A stretch of 62,223 bases of DNA from a virus (Duplodnaviria; Caudoviricetes), in the IMG/VR virus record IMGVR_UViG_3300014720_000037, positions 1 to 62,223 of that record. One strand, written 5' to 3'. The position numbers and the translations under genes are program-made. Below are positions 1 to 11,101 of this stretch, one piece after another. The stretch's first letter is position 1; each line of letters begins with the position of its first letter. A model generated the notes under the pieces. The model was not told the origin of the DNA and did not search any database. It saw only the letters and a list, made by a program, of their open reading frames with translations.

Positions 1-446
1 ATAAATGATGATAGAACTTGTATATCATCAAGTGTTATTTGTTTACTAGCTTTAGGATTACTAAATATAGCTTCTGCTTGTTTTAGAAGGACAGACAAGC
101 TAGTAGGATTAATTGATTGTTTGGTCATTATAGGGTTTGTACAACTTCTTTATATAGACTAATAACTCTATCAAACTCTGCAAATAAATCTTTAAATACA
201 ACAGGTGCCGTATTTTCAACTTGTGTTCTATCAATCTTAGCAAGTTGAGCTGTAAGAGTAGATACATTAAGTCTCTTACTAGCTTTAGTATCAGCAACAG
301 TAGTAACAGTTGTTACTTGTACATCTGCTGACTGAATCAAATCAACATTAGATATGTCAGATAATGTTGCTGCTGCAACATTATCTACATCAGAGTAACT
401 TACAGATTGTGTTTCTTCTTCAAACATATTAGGTTATTTCCTTTAA

Positions 447-1460
447 TCAGATAATAGAATTGTTTACTTGTTCTTTGAGGGCCTCAAATACTTCTGGTCT
501 AGCCTTTAGTAGTTGTACTAAATTAGCTTCCCCCTGTATTTTAATAGGCTCCTCACTTAAATTGGACAGACTTAAATTAATCCAAGATCCAGCTTGTTTG
601 ATAATATCAAACTGCTTGGCCATTCTTACAACATCAACATACTTATTATAGTTAGTTTTAATTGAACCATCTTCTTCATTGACATCTAAATCAACTTGTT
701 GTTGAACCCTTCTAAGAGCTCTACCATATTTACTCTTAACAGTTTGAAACTCAACATTAAAGTTATTTAAACCATCATCATCATCAGCACTTAATGCCTT
801 CTTAGTAGCTTTAATCCTAATAGAAGCCCAATATGGTAAACCCTTGCCACCCATGCTACCTTCTGGGTTACCATAGCCACTGAGATTAGTATTTCTTAGT
901 TGATTGACAAGTATTAGAACCGTGCCAGTTTCAACACACTTAATACTAAATTGTGGTAAGTTCTCACTTAATAGTCTAGCTCTTACACCCATAACATGAA
1001 CCTCACCAACATCCTTACTCTCATCAGTAAGCTTAGATGGCACAAGACCCGCCACACTATCAAGTATCACACAGCAGAAATCAGTGGTTAGACATTGTCT
1101 AATACAGGTTAATGCCTCTTCTGCCGTATTAGCATTAATGACTAACACCTTATCAGTGTCTAATCCTATATTAGCCGCATGACTAGTAGTATAACCAACC
1201 TCACCAGCTTGTATATAAGCTACAAACTTACCAGTAATCTGTTGTAGATTGGCCGCCCAATTTAATGATTTAAGACTCTTTGTTGTTTGTTCTAAACCAA
1301 ATATTTCAACAATAGTGCCTATAGGCATCCCACCACCCAATAAGTAGTTATCACTAGGACTATCTAGTTTATACCTAGCATATTCTATATCTCCACCTTT
1401 AACAACTTTACCCTTGCCAACAACAGATTGTGTTAGCTTCAAGTACTCATTTAAATCCAT
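447..1460 (-). CDS. recA: RecA/UvsX-like recombinase
   Basis: GGGMPIGTIVEIFG, Walker B VILDSVAGL, LILVNQLR, GGKGLPYWASIRI and IKQAGSW match RecA motifs. Walker A is degenerate (GLEQTTKS). Confidence 0.9.
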   Translation of the reverse strand: MDLNEYLKLTQSVVGKGKVVKGGDIEYARYKLDSPSDNYLLGGGMPIGTIVEIFGLEQTTKSLKSLNWAANLQQITGKFVAYIQAGEVGYTTSHAANIGLDTDKVLVINANTAEEALTCIRQCLTTDFCCVILDSVAGLVPSKLTDESKDVGEVHVMGVRARLLSENLPQFSIKCVETGTVLILVNQLRNTNLSGYGNPEGSMGGKGLPYWASIRIKATKKALSADDDDGLNNFNVEFQTVKSKYGRALRRVQQQVDLDVNEEDGSIKTNYNKYVDVVRMAKQFDIIKQAGSWINLSLSNLSEEPIKIQGEANLVQLLKARPEVFEALKEQVNNSII

Positions 1461-2181
1461 TATCTATATACTCTGTAATTAGGATTAATTAATCTTAAAT
1501 TACATACTTAATGGTTACTAATTAATCAACATATAAACTGGTATCTGGATCATTATTATTAACCCAATCAATATAATAATTACCACTTTGTTTTAATAAC
1601 ATATGTAGTTGTTGCCAGCAGTTATATACTCTATCTCTAACAGTCTCATTTAATACAACATCATCCATATCTGCATAGTCAAAACAAGCACCTCTAATAA
1701 TACTAGCTATGTCATTAGGTGGTGGGTTTGTATATTGTTTGTCACACATAATTATAATTATTATTAATCTTCAAATAGCAATTTATATCTACCATCAACA
1801 CCATGTCTTTGCCATAATTCTTGCATAGCCCTACAACCTTTTCCTGCAACTATAGCTCTTTCAACTGGATCATCTATATCAACATTATTACTTAGTTTAA
1901 AAGCATTAATAACATCATCTACTAACATCTCATCATCAACATCTTTATAGACCCTATCACAATACTCTAACTCATCATCTAAAGTCCAAGTTCTACCTAA
2001 GTATTCTAGCCAGTCTTCATCCTCACATTCATCTAAACCTATAAGACCTTGCTCATGTATATCATCATAGAATGAATCTTCAAAGTCATTTAAAACATTA
2101 TTAATGTGTTTAATAGTATTTTGTCTTTCTCTCCTCTTATTAATCCTTCTAACAAGGTGTTTATATTTACCAATAAACTGT

Positions 2182-2664
2182 TTAGTCCTGTGTAGTAGTT
2201 TGCTCTTGCCTAACATAACCTTGCTCCAACTGATTAAACACTAGTTCTGACATGATGAACACCTTACCATACTCCTTACTATGTATTATATGTATCTCAT
2301 CAATCCTATACTCTTTAGCAGTAACAGCTAACTTATTAGTAGTTGTTCTACTCTTAATAGATGTTTGTATAGTATCACCATTAGGTAGTAATAAGTTACC
2401 ATCACCATCTCTAAACTTGGCACCACTTGCTTCAGTTGGTTCTAATCCTAACTCTTTAACAATAGCAGCTTCAACCTTTCTACCTCTCTTATTATTAGCT
2501 TTACCCCTATTAGAGGCTGCTACATCCTTACAAGGATGAGGTGCCTTTATAGTTTTAGTTAGAGGTTTATAATATAATTTACCTTCACCAGTCTTAGCAA
2601 GACAAACATCACATCTATCATCTCTATTAGCACAGTTTAATTCATACTCAATTGGACATGTCAT
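2182..2664 (-). CDS. Putative PD-(D/E)xK nuclease (Holliday-junction-resolvase-like) with Cys-rich N-terminus
   Basis: RGRKVEAAIVKELG...SGA...DGD...SIKS pattern; lies near recA. Confidence 0.4.
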   Translation of the reverse strand: MTCPIEYELNCANRDDRCDVCLAKTGEGKLYYKPLTKTIKAPHPCKDVAASNRGKANNKRGRKVEAAIVKELGLEPTEASGAKFRDGDGNLLLPNGDTIQTSIKSRTTTNKLAVTAKEYRIDEIHIIHSKEYGKVFIMSELVFNQLEQGYVRQEQTTTQD

Positions 2665-2743
2665 ATTATCTATTATTATTGTTTACCTACATAATATTTA
2701 GTTGTATATAGTACATTAATAGCACTTATATAAATATAAACAA

Positions 2744-3157
2744 ATGATATTAAAGTACAACTTATCTAGTCAGATATCAGACTCAGAAGTAACAGATGTT
2801 AGATTAGTACTGCCTAATACAATAACACTAGCAACTGATAATAAATATACATTTACTGCTGTCAACATTACTAAAAACAACCCCTTTACAATAACAATTG
2901 AAAACACCTATCAAGTTAGATACTTAGTAGTATATAGTGATCAATCATTTACCATATCTATTAACAATGGACAGGAGCTTATAACAAGAACACATGTTGT
3001 TGATTATGGTGTTAATAGAACTGGCTTTAACAATGTTAGTAAGATTAATACTATTAAGATAACAAATCCTATAGGAGCCAGTGGTCCTATAGGAAGTCAA
3101 TTTAGTAATCCAACAACAATTGAAGTTAAATACTTATTAGTATTAGAAAAGATATAA
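2744..3157 (+). CDS. Hypothetical beta-rich protein, possibly a virion protein
   Basis: Thr/Asn-rich ORF preceded by TATAAATA at 2729-2736. Confidence 0.45.
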   Translation: MILKYNLSSQISDSEVTDVRLVLPNTITLATDNKYTFTAVNITKNNPFTITIENTYQVRYLVVYSDQSFTISINNGQELITRTHVVDYGVNRTGFNNVSKINTIKITNPIGASGPIGSQFSNPTTIEVKYLLVLEKI

Positions 3158-4011
3158 CTATTTAGCTGTTGATTGATTAGATTGATTATTATTTGTTACT
3201 AGTATGTCCTCAGATGTTGTTACAAAGTACTCACAGTTATCTTCAATGTAGTTAGATCTTTTCTCAGCAACTAGATTGTAACAAGTATAATTAAATATAG
3301 ATCTACAAGGAACAACCTGCTCATTATCAATCTTATCTCCTTTCATCTTAGGACTATTAAGCTTAATAGTCCTTCTTTCTTCTATGTTAAACTTAACCCA
3401 CTCACCAGGCTCTGTTGGCACTACAAATGTTATATAATCAGGGCCCCCTTTATCAGTTGGTAGAGGTATAACCTGTGGTGGATACTTAGTACTTCTAATA
3501 ACAACAAGATGTAATGATGATGAATCCTTACTTGTATTTACCTTTGGTCTTCTAATTGGCACTACAACATCTGTTGGCTTCATTATTTAATCCTTTTAAA
3601 TATGTAATAGATTACTTAACACCCTATCTTTCAAAGGTGGATACATATTAAGGTCATCTCTATTATATATATAAGTTACTACTAAATCATTCATAGTTGT
3701 AGGCTTATTAAACACTAAAGATATATATATTCTATTAGTCTTTTTATTACAAATACATCTATTTAAAAGGGGCCAATAATACTCAGTTCTAATATATATG
3801 TTAGGTGTTATAAGACTATATGTAATAGAAGCGGCTAACAAATCAAGATCACCTAAACACTTACTTATATGTTTAACTCTAATAATAGGTGGATCGACAG
3901 TTCTTTGATATGTGCCACTAACAACCGCCTTAAATAAATAATCACTCATAAATGTAAAACGTTTATGTATAACAATACTATATAAATACAATATAAACAA
4001 TTATAAGTTAA

Positions 4012-4551
4012 GTGATATGGAGAAATAATGGCACTGGTTATAGTACTGGAGACATTATACTATTAAGACAGACAGCATCTAATACAGTAGAATATTTAAA
4101 TGCAACTACTAATAATGTTATTACTCCTAATAGTAATGATTTAGGATCTATTAGTACTGTAATAGCTAATGCTAGTACAAACCTCAATACTTCACTGCTA
4201 AGCCTTGAATCAACACAAGTAGCTTTATCCGCTAAGTTGCCTAGTAGTCTAGGTATAAAAACATCGGCGGGTAGCCTTAGTATTGCCCCTGCAAGTGATG
4301 CGACTTTTACACAAAAATCAAATGCTTTCAGAAGCTCCGCAGCGCTGACAAGAGCCAACAACACTAATCCCTATGCCGCGAACGATATTGAAAATTTAAT
4401 AGCTGGCGGGTTAACCTCAGAGACGATTGCAGTATTGAATGAGGCAATTGCTGATGTAATAGCTGGTATACCAAATCCTATAACCACACTTTATCAAGCT
4501 CCATATCAGGATTACGGGCTAGCACCTATCATGCTTAGTGACGTTGAATGA
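4012..4551 (+). CDS. Putative structural-protein fragment, possibly chimeric or truncated
   Basis: Ser/Thr/Ala-rich sequence (SAKLPSSLG...SLSIAPASD; LTRANNTNPYAAND). GC and CpG content rise locally in the 3' half. Confidence 0.35.
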   Translation: MIWRNNGTGYSTGDIILLRQTASNTVEYLNATTNNVITPNSNDLGSISTVIANASTNLNTSLLSLESTQVALSAKLPSSLGIKTSAGSLSIAPASDATFTQKSNAFRSSAALTRANNTNPYAANDIENLIAGGLTSETIAVLNEAIADVIAGIPNPITTLYQAPYQDYGLAPIMLSDVE

Positions 4552-5150
4552 TGCGCCCAACAATTATGGAATTTCCGTTGCCTAAACCCGAATTACCAAA
4601 TCTACATATTTGAAAGAGATAAACCCCAACTTCCAAAAGATTATTACAATGATATTTAGTAATAATAGCTAGTTTAATATAGGTATAACCGTAGGATCAT
4701 TTATATAATTAAGCACCGCATCAAATGAGTTATAAGCAAAACCATCTTGTACTACCTCCATTTGTTGTGATAGTAGATATAAGATGGTTTTTGTTGTATC
4801 TACATCTCCTAGTTGATACATAAGAGGCCCCAAGTTAGACAAATCATTAAACAGTAATAAATTAGGCACAGTATTATACTTAAGTATCCCCATCTGCCAC
4901 ACATTATAATAGTCATAGCTATTAGAATAGGGCATAGAAACAGTTAATGTTCTTCTTGATTTAACAACATCTAATGTTATAGAATGCACCTCTAATGTTG
5001 GTTGTTGTTTAAGATTTAAATGGCCTAAATATGCATTAAAAAACTTAGTTATAATTGGGTTTAAATTAGTAAGTGTGTATAAAGTTGGAAGAGATAATAC
5101 TTCTGCTTTTGTGTACATAGTTATAACAATAATATAGGTATAAGTAAAAT

Positions 5151-6773
5151 ATGACACAAACTATAGCTCAGAATCTAATCATACTTAATAATAGTAAGCA
5201 TAGAAAGACTAATTATAATAAACATCCTATTGAAGTATTTAGTGACATTGATGATCAAGTAACAAGTAATAATACTTATATAGATATAATCAATAAAATA
5301 AATAAGTTAGACATTAATTACAATAATACAATTGATGATTTAAACAATCTTATAAGTGCTGCTAGACAGGTATATACAACTCTAAAACAAGAACAGCAGT
5401 TACTTAGTTTAATTGATTTATATACTTACACAATTCCTAATAAGACATCTTTTATTGCACAATTAAATACAATAAACACATTAATAGAAGATTGTAATAA
5501 GATAGTAAACAATATATTAAACAATACTGTTAGTAGAGTATATACATACATTAATCCTTTAATATTAGATGATATTAGCAGCAATGTTAATGCTTTAATA
5601 TCTAAACAATGGTTGACTAATTATTTAATTACACTACCCTTAATACCTAAAATTAGACCAATTAATGCGGCTTTAATATGTGACAGTAGTGGACAAGTAA
5701 AATGGCAACAGGAGTAATAATATGAGTGATATTAGAGGTGAAAGAATAGGCACTGAGGCTATACAATCAATACAAGATATTGATAGTTATATTAGCAATA
5801 ATTACCTACAGATCATTAAAGATAAGATTGAACTGTTAAAAATAAAAAGGGCCCAAATTGAAGATTTAAGACTGTTATATGAATCAATAAATACTACTAA
5901 TAACAGTATTATTAATAATATTAAAAACAGTTCTAAGTACACACAAATTACAACTAATCAAACAACTGCTGAGCCTCTTATTGATGAATTAAACACTATA
6001 CTTAGAAGTCTATTAACAATAATAAACAGTGACATTACTATTGGCAATTTAAACTACAAAGAAGAGTTATATGGTATTGATAAGATATCAATTACAGAAG
6101 GAGAATTTACATCTGTAGAAGGCCCCTCTAATAACAGTCCTAAAACAGCTATTAATAAAACAATATTTAATAAAGAATTAGAGAAGTTAGAAAGAGTACC
6201 AGAACCAACTCAAGGTTTCTTTTACATAGCAACTGATAATAGTGGAAATATTATACTTAAGAGGGCTATATAATGACAGACTTGTTTAATAGAAAGGACC
6301 TAATAGGTGATCAAAGTATAAACACAATAAACAACTTTAATGATTATATTGATTCATTATTAAACCCTTTTAACAACATATTAACAGACCTTATATTAGA
6401 ATTAAATAGTATAAGTATTAATAGACCAGTTCAATATAAAGACTTATTAGTAACAAACTTACAAGTAAAAAATGAACAGCTATTATCTAAGTACAATCTT
6501 ATAAATATTAGTAGTCAAATATCAACAGATGTTGCTACTTATATAGGAACACTGACAACTAGTAAAAACAACTTTAACTCCATATTAAATAGTAAAGCTA
6601 GTCCAACCTTTCCTCTTACAAGACCTATTACAACCACTATATTAGATAATAGTACTAGTTATATAACTAAACAGTATGTAACTAATAATTTAATTAAATA
6701 CACTTTACCTACCCCTGTGCCAAGTACTAAATTATATGTAAATGAATCTGGAACAGGTTACATATGGGCATAG
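5151..6773 (+). CDS. Three adjacent coiled-coil-like hypothetical genes (5151-5717, 5722-6273, 6273-6773), probably virion/tail-associated
   Basis: Tightly coupled ORFs with similar C-terminal motifs (CDSSGQVKW, TDNSGNIIL, VNESGTGYIW), upstream of the endolysin. Confidence 0.5.
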
Positions 6774-6814
6774 TTAAATTGTTATTTTAATTGTACATAT
6801 TATTGACTAAACAT

Positions 6815-8068
6815 ATGAGTGATAAAAAACCACAAAATCTATTTACAACCTCCCATGTCCTAAGTGTATTAGGTATGTTGTACATCTTAGCTATAAGTCC
6901 TGCCATTGATAAATGGAGTAATGATCAATTATCCAAGAAAGATGTTATTAATTTATTCAATGGATTTGTATTTGCTCTTGTGACTGGTGGATTAAAGCTA
7001 AAGGATGATAATGTTTACACACATAAATTCTTACCAGGTAAGAACAAGGAAGATATAATATCTAGTCTAACTACTAATATTGTTCAAGAGCAAGTAGTAA
7101 ATCCAATTACTAACAAGATACAAGATCAAATATTAAATCCAATTAATAATGTTATTAATGAAGTTAGTATTAACCCCTTAGATCCTGTTACAAACACAGT
7201 AAACAATACTATTAATAATCCTTTTAATCTCTTATCTAATCCTCCTACTAATCTATCAAACACCATTCTGAGTCCCTTATACGTTAAAGCTAATCAAGAT
7301 ACATGGTATAAAACAAGTCCTGTTGATAGTAATACATTAGATAGTAGTAATAAGATAAGAGTACAACAAGGTACCAATACTAACATTAATGATTATTTGT
7401 TTGATAATGATAATAATCATTGTAAGATAACAATTAATAATAATAAAGTATTGTATGCTTACACGCCACACATATTCATTATTAAAGATGGAATAGAAGT
7501 TAATAGTACTCTCACACCAACTGTAAATCCTAATTCTTTTATACCTACTATAGAACAATGTAATGAGTTATATAACACGAATCTAAGACAAGAGGAGTAT
7601 AAAGATCTATTAAACTGTCTAGCAAGATTTAACATAAGTACTAAGAAGGATGTTGCACATTTTCTAGCTCAAGTAGGACATGAGAGTGCTGGTCTAAGAT
7701 ATAACAAAGAACTAGCAAGCGGGGATGATTATGAGTATAGAGATGATCTAGGTAACACAGAACCTGGTGATGGAAGAAGATATAAAGGCGCAGGATTCAT
7801 CCAACTTACAGGCAGAGCAAACTACCAAGCATTTAGTGATTACATTAAAGATCCTAAAGTAATGGAAGGCGTTGATTATGTTGCTAGTATATATCCATTT
7901 GCTAGTGCTGGCTTTTGGTGGTGGGACAATAAAATGTCTGAGTATATTAATAATGAAGGGGCTGATATATACCAAGTTTCTACGGCTGTAAATGGTGCTA
8001 ATCCAGCTAATGGAATAGAAGATAGAATTTACTATTACAACAAAGCTTGTAACTTACTAGGTATTTAA
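6815..8068 (+). CDS. Endolysin, GH19 chitinase/lysozyme family, with N-terminal hydrophobic segments
   Basis: HFLAQVGHES, DLGNTEPGDGRRYKGAGFIQLTGRANY, SAGFWW and VNGANPANGIEDR. Probable ATG at 6815 (MSDKK). Confidence 0.9.
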   Translation: MSDKKPQNLFTTSHVLSVLGMLYILAISPAIDKWSNDQLSKKDVINLFNGFVFALVTGGLKLKDDNVYTHKFLPGKNKEDIISSLTTNIVQEQVVNPITNKIQDQILNPINNVINEVSINPLDPVTNTVNNTINNPFNLLSNPPTNLSNTILSPLYVKANQDTWYKTSPVDSNTLDSSNKIRVQQGTNTNINDYLFDNDNNHCKITINNNKVLYAYTPHIFIIKDGIEVNSTLTPTVNPNSFIPTIEQCNELYNTNLRQEEYKDLLNCLARFNISTKKDVAHFLAQVGHESAGLRYNKELASGDDYEYRDDLGNTEPGDGRRYKGAGFIQLTGRANYQAFSDYIKDPKVMEGVDYVASIYPFASAGFWWWDNKMSEYINNEGADIYQVSTAVNGANPANGIEDRIYYYNKACNLLGI

Positions 8069-8086
8069 ATACCTATTAATAATAAA

Positions 8087-8126
8087 TAAAAGGCCTTTTA
8101 CTATTGATTAAGTAAACGGCCTTTTA
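8087..8126. terminator. Bidirectional intrinsic terminator between convergent genes
   Basis: TAAAAGGCC...GGCCTTTTA inverted repeat between the endolysin and tail-fibre genes. Confidence 0.65.
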
Positions 8127-8163
8127 TATTTAATATAATACTTATTTACATGTCTAATTATAA

Positions 8164-9198
8164 TTAAATTCTCATTATATAAGCAAGAGCATAATATGGG
8201 GGTAGATTAGATGTAGTAGCAGTAGTTGCTGAAAAAGTGTGGGAGTGACCCTCATTATTACCATTGGCTAAAATTGATGTGTTTGTACCATTGGCTAAAA
8301 TTGATGTGTTTGTACCATTGGATTGTATGGTTATACCAGTAAATGATGATGTTGTTGAATTAATAGGAATAGACCCAAAGCTATTAGTCTTAACAAGAGC
8401 ATCTATACCATCATTAGCAGGCACTGTATCAACAGGAAAGAAGGTATGAGCATGCCCTGGATCATTAATTATATGAGTATGCCCTGGATCATTAATTATA
8501 TGAGTATGCCCTGGATCATTAATACCATGTGTATGATAAGGCATTTGACCTACTGTTAAAACAGTACTAGATGTATTACCACTAATATTATGTGTATGAC
8601 TAACAGAACCACCAATAGCATCAACAGCATATGTACTACCAGCAGCAATAATAAATCTATTTCTCAAATCTGGAGTACCATTTGTACCATCACAAAAGAC
8701 CCAACCAGTAGGAATAGCTGTTAATAATCCCCTCCAAACAACAATGATACCAGATGCAATTGCAAATGCAATAGCTCCTTCTATGGTTGTTAAGCGGCCT
8801 TCTACAGACAATAATCTACTATTAAATGATTCAACAGTACCACTTAAACTGTTAAAACCACTAGTTAATGTGGTCACTTGTGTAGTCAGATCAGCTATAG
8901 TTGCATTCTGATTATTAATAAGTGTTACTAGATTGTTAATGCTAGTTTGTAATGTTGTTTGACTATCTGTTAAGTCTTGTGCAACCTCACCAATAGCAGT
9001 AGCATTATCACTTATGTCTTGTTGTAGTTGTATAATTACACTATTAGCTAAAAGACAAGTGGCTAGGCTTAGTTGATTTATCTTACTACAATCTAAAAAT
9101 CCTGTAGCATTAGCTAAGTCTAAAGAGAATAAGATATTTGCCTCATATTCCTCACAGGTTAATGGACTTCCTTTTACAGAGGGCAGTGTTAAACTCAT
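8164..9198 (-). CDS. Tail-fibre/collar-domain protein
   Basis: Coiled-coil N-half, collar motif GIIVVW..IPTGWVFCDGTNGTPDLRNRF, HxH repeats and C-terminal NLPPYYALAYIMR. Confidence 0.85.
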   Translation of the reverse strand: MSLTLPSVKGSPLTCEEYEANILFSLDLANATGFLDCSKINQLSLATCLLANSVIIQLQQDISDNATAIGEVAQDLTDSQTTLQTSINNLVTLINNQNATIADLTTQVTTLTSGFNSLSGTVESFNSRLLSVEGRLTTIEGAIAFAIASGIIVVWRGLLTAIPTGWVFCDGTNGTPDLRNRFIIAAGSTYAVDAIGGSVSHTHNISGNTSSTVLTVGQMPYHTHGINDPGHTHIINDPGHTHIINDPGHAHTFFPVDTVPANDGIDALVKTNSFGSIPINSTTSSFTGITIQSNGTNTSILANGTNTSILANGNNEGHSHTFSATTATTSNLPPYYALAYIMRI

Positions 9199-9282
9199 AT
9201 TGTTATTACTTTATTTAAATTACTAAATGATGTATATATTATCATAGCAATAAACATATAAATAAAGTAGTACATAAACAAC

Positions 9283-10854
9283 TTAACTATATAAAGCCAT
9301 ATTTATAAGAGACAACATAATGTCAGTATTTTGTATATACTCATTAGATAGACTCTCTATATTTAAACTTATGACTCTATTAATCTTTGTACAAAGATTA
9401 ATCATTTGATCTCTACTTAATATTGCTACATTATTATTATACTCTGGAACACATATTAGTTGATCCCTTTCAAAACCAGGGGATAACTTATACTTTCTAA
9501 TAACTTGATAGTCACAGTATATTTTATATAAGAGAGTGTAATTTGCTAATAACCAATCACAATGTTTAATAAAGTAAGTATTACCCAAACTGTCTTTATT
9601 TAAATAAAGATAAAGTCCATAACAAAATCTAAATCTCTTAGAGGCCCCTCCTGTTAAATACAAATTAAGTGTTTTTTGATTATAAAAAAGTTCTTCATAC
9701 ATTATAAGTTTCATTTTTTAGTAAAAAAAAGCCCTTTATTTATACAAGTAAAGATTGAGATGATCTATTATAAATGATTTATGAAATGAGGGTATTAAAC
9801 TATTTAATAACAAATGTTGAATGTGCATAATAAAAGACCTATCAACTAACCTAACTTCATTTTTATTAATACTATTAATATTTATATAAAAATATATAGG
9901 ACGTATCTTAGTATTATATCCTTTATATAATCCTCCATAGCATAACAAACAATGCTCTACAAATATATATAAATCTTTATTATTATAGCTAAGAGACCAA
10001 AGCTGTATATAACATTTATTATGAAGGGGCTTTTTATTATCCTTTGATATGTATATATTAATATAATCTTTATCAAGGGGTTCCCAACTATAGACATTAA
10101 TATTAATCATTATAAATAGCCATATTAAGTAGATTACAAATTAAAATAATATCTCTAGAACAGTCCCAACCACCTATTGCTTTTAACTTATTAACCTTAC
10201 TAGTTAGTAGTACTAGTTCATTAACATTTAAACATTGTTTATCATATAAGTATTTATATTCTATACGGTAATCTTTAACCCAATCAATATTATATTTCTT
10301 TATACTATAAATATCTAAATAAATACAATATAAACGTTCTTCATCCTCTATATAATAATATACATCTTCTAACACATTTAAACGTTTAGTATTATTATTA
10401 CCAGTAATATAAACACATATCTCTTTATAGTTGGTGTTTCTTAATTCCCTATAAACTTTAATCATTTTTAATCATTATTATAAATAGCCATATTAAACAA
10501 ATCAACAATAATTTTAAGTCTACTATCTCTTTCAAAGATGTCTACAAACTTTACAAGATAGTCTCTATTTAATCTACAATAACAAAAGGTTTTATCGGTG
10601 TAAATAGTATTAAGATTAAAAGACCAATAATACTTATTACTCTTAACAAGATCATATATATTTGCATGGTAACAAACATCATTAGAAAGATTTAGCATAT
10701 TAGCTAAGGGTTCATCAACAAAGAAATCAAAGTATTTATTATACTCTATGTCAAAATCCGTATAAAACCATAAACAGTTATTTAGATTAGGGTCTACTGT
10801 AATAATAAACGTTTTAGTAGATGACTGTTTATAATTTTTACCAAATACATACAT
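9283..10854 (-). CDS. Four paralogues of the LLxMAIY C-terminal family (9283-9714, 9736-10110, 10103-10465, 10468-10854)
   Basis: C-termini are LINMALYS, HLNLYLYK, LLNMAIYND and LFNMAIYNND. Confidence 0.7.
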
Positions 10855-11101
10855 ACTGTTTATATGCTATAATATTTAAAACTTATAATTTATTTTATAA
10901 ATGGCCCTTTACTCTCAATTCTACTTTAGCAACTTAGTTGATAGGTATAAACTATCAGCTATTTTGTGGTGTGCGTTGAGATGCAAGGAGGGCAAAGTTG
11001 ATGTTAATATTAATGACCTAGCAAGTACTTATAATGTTGATGTTAAAACTGTTAGAAAGCACTTAAATAATAGTTGTTTCTTTAGGTCTTGTTATAGATT
11101 G

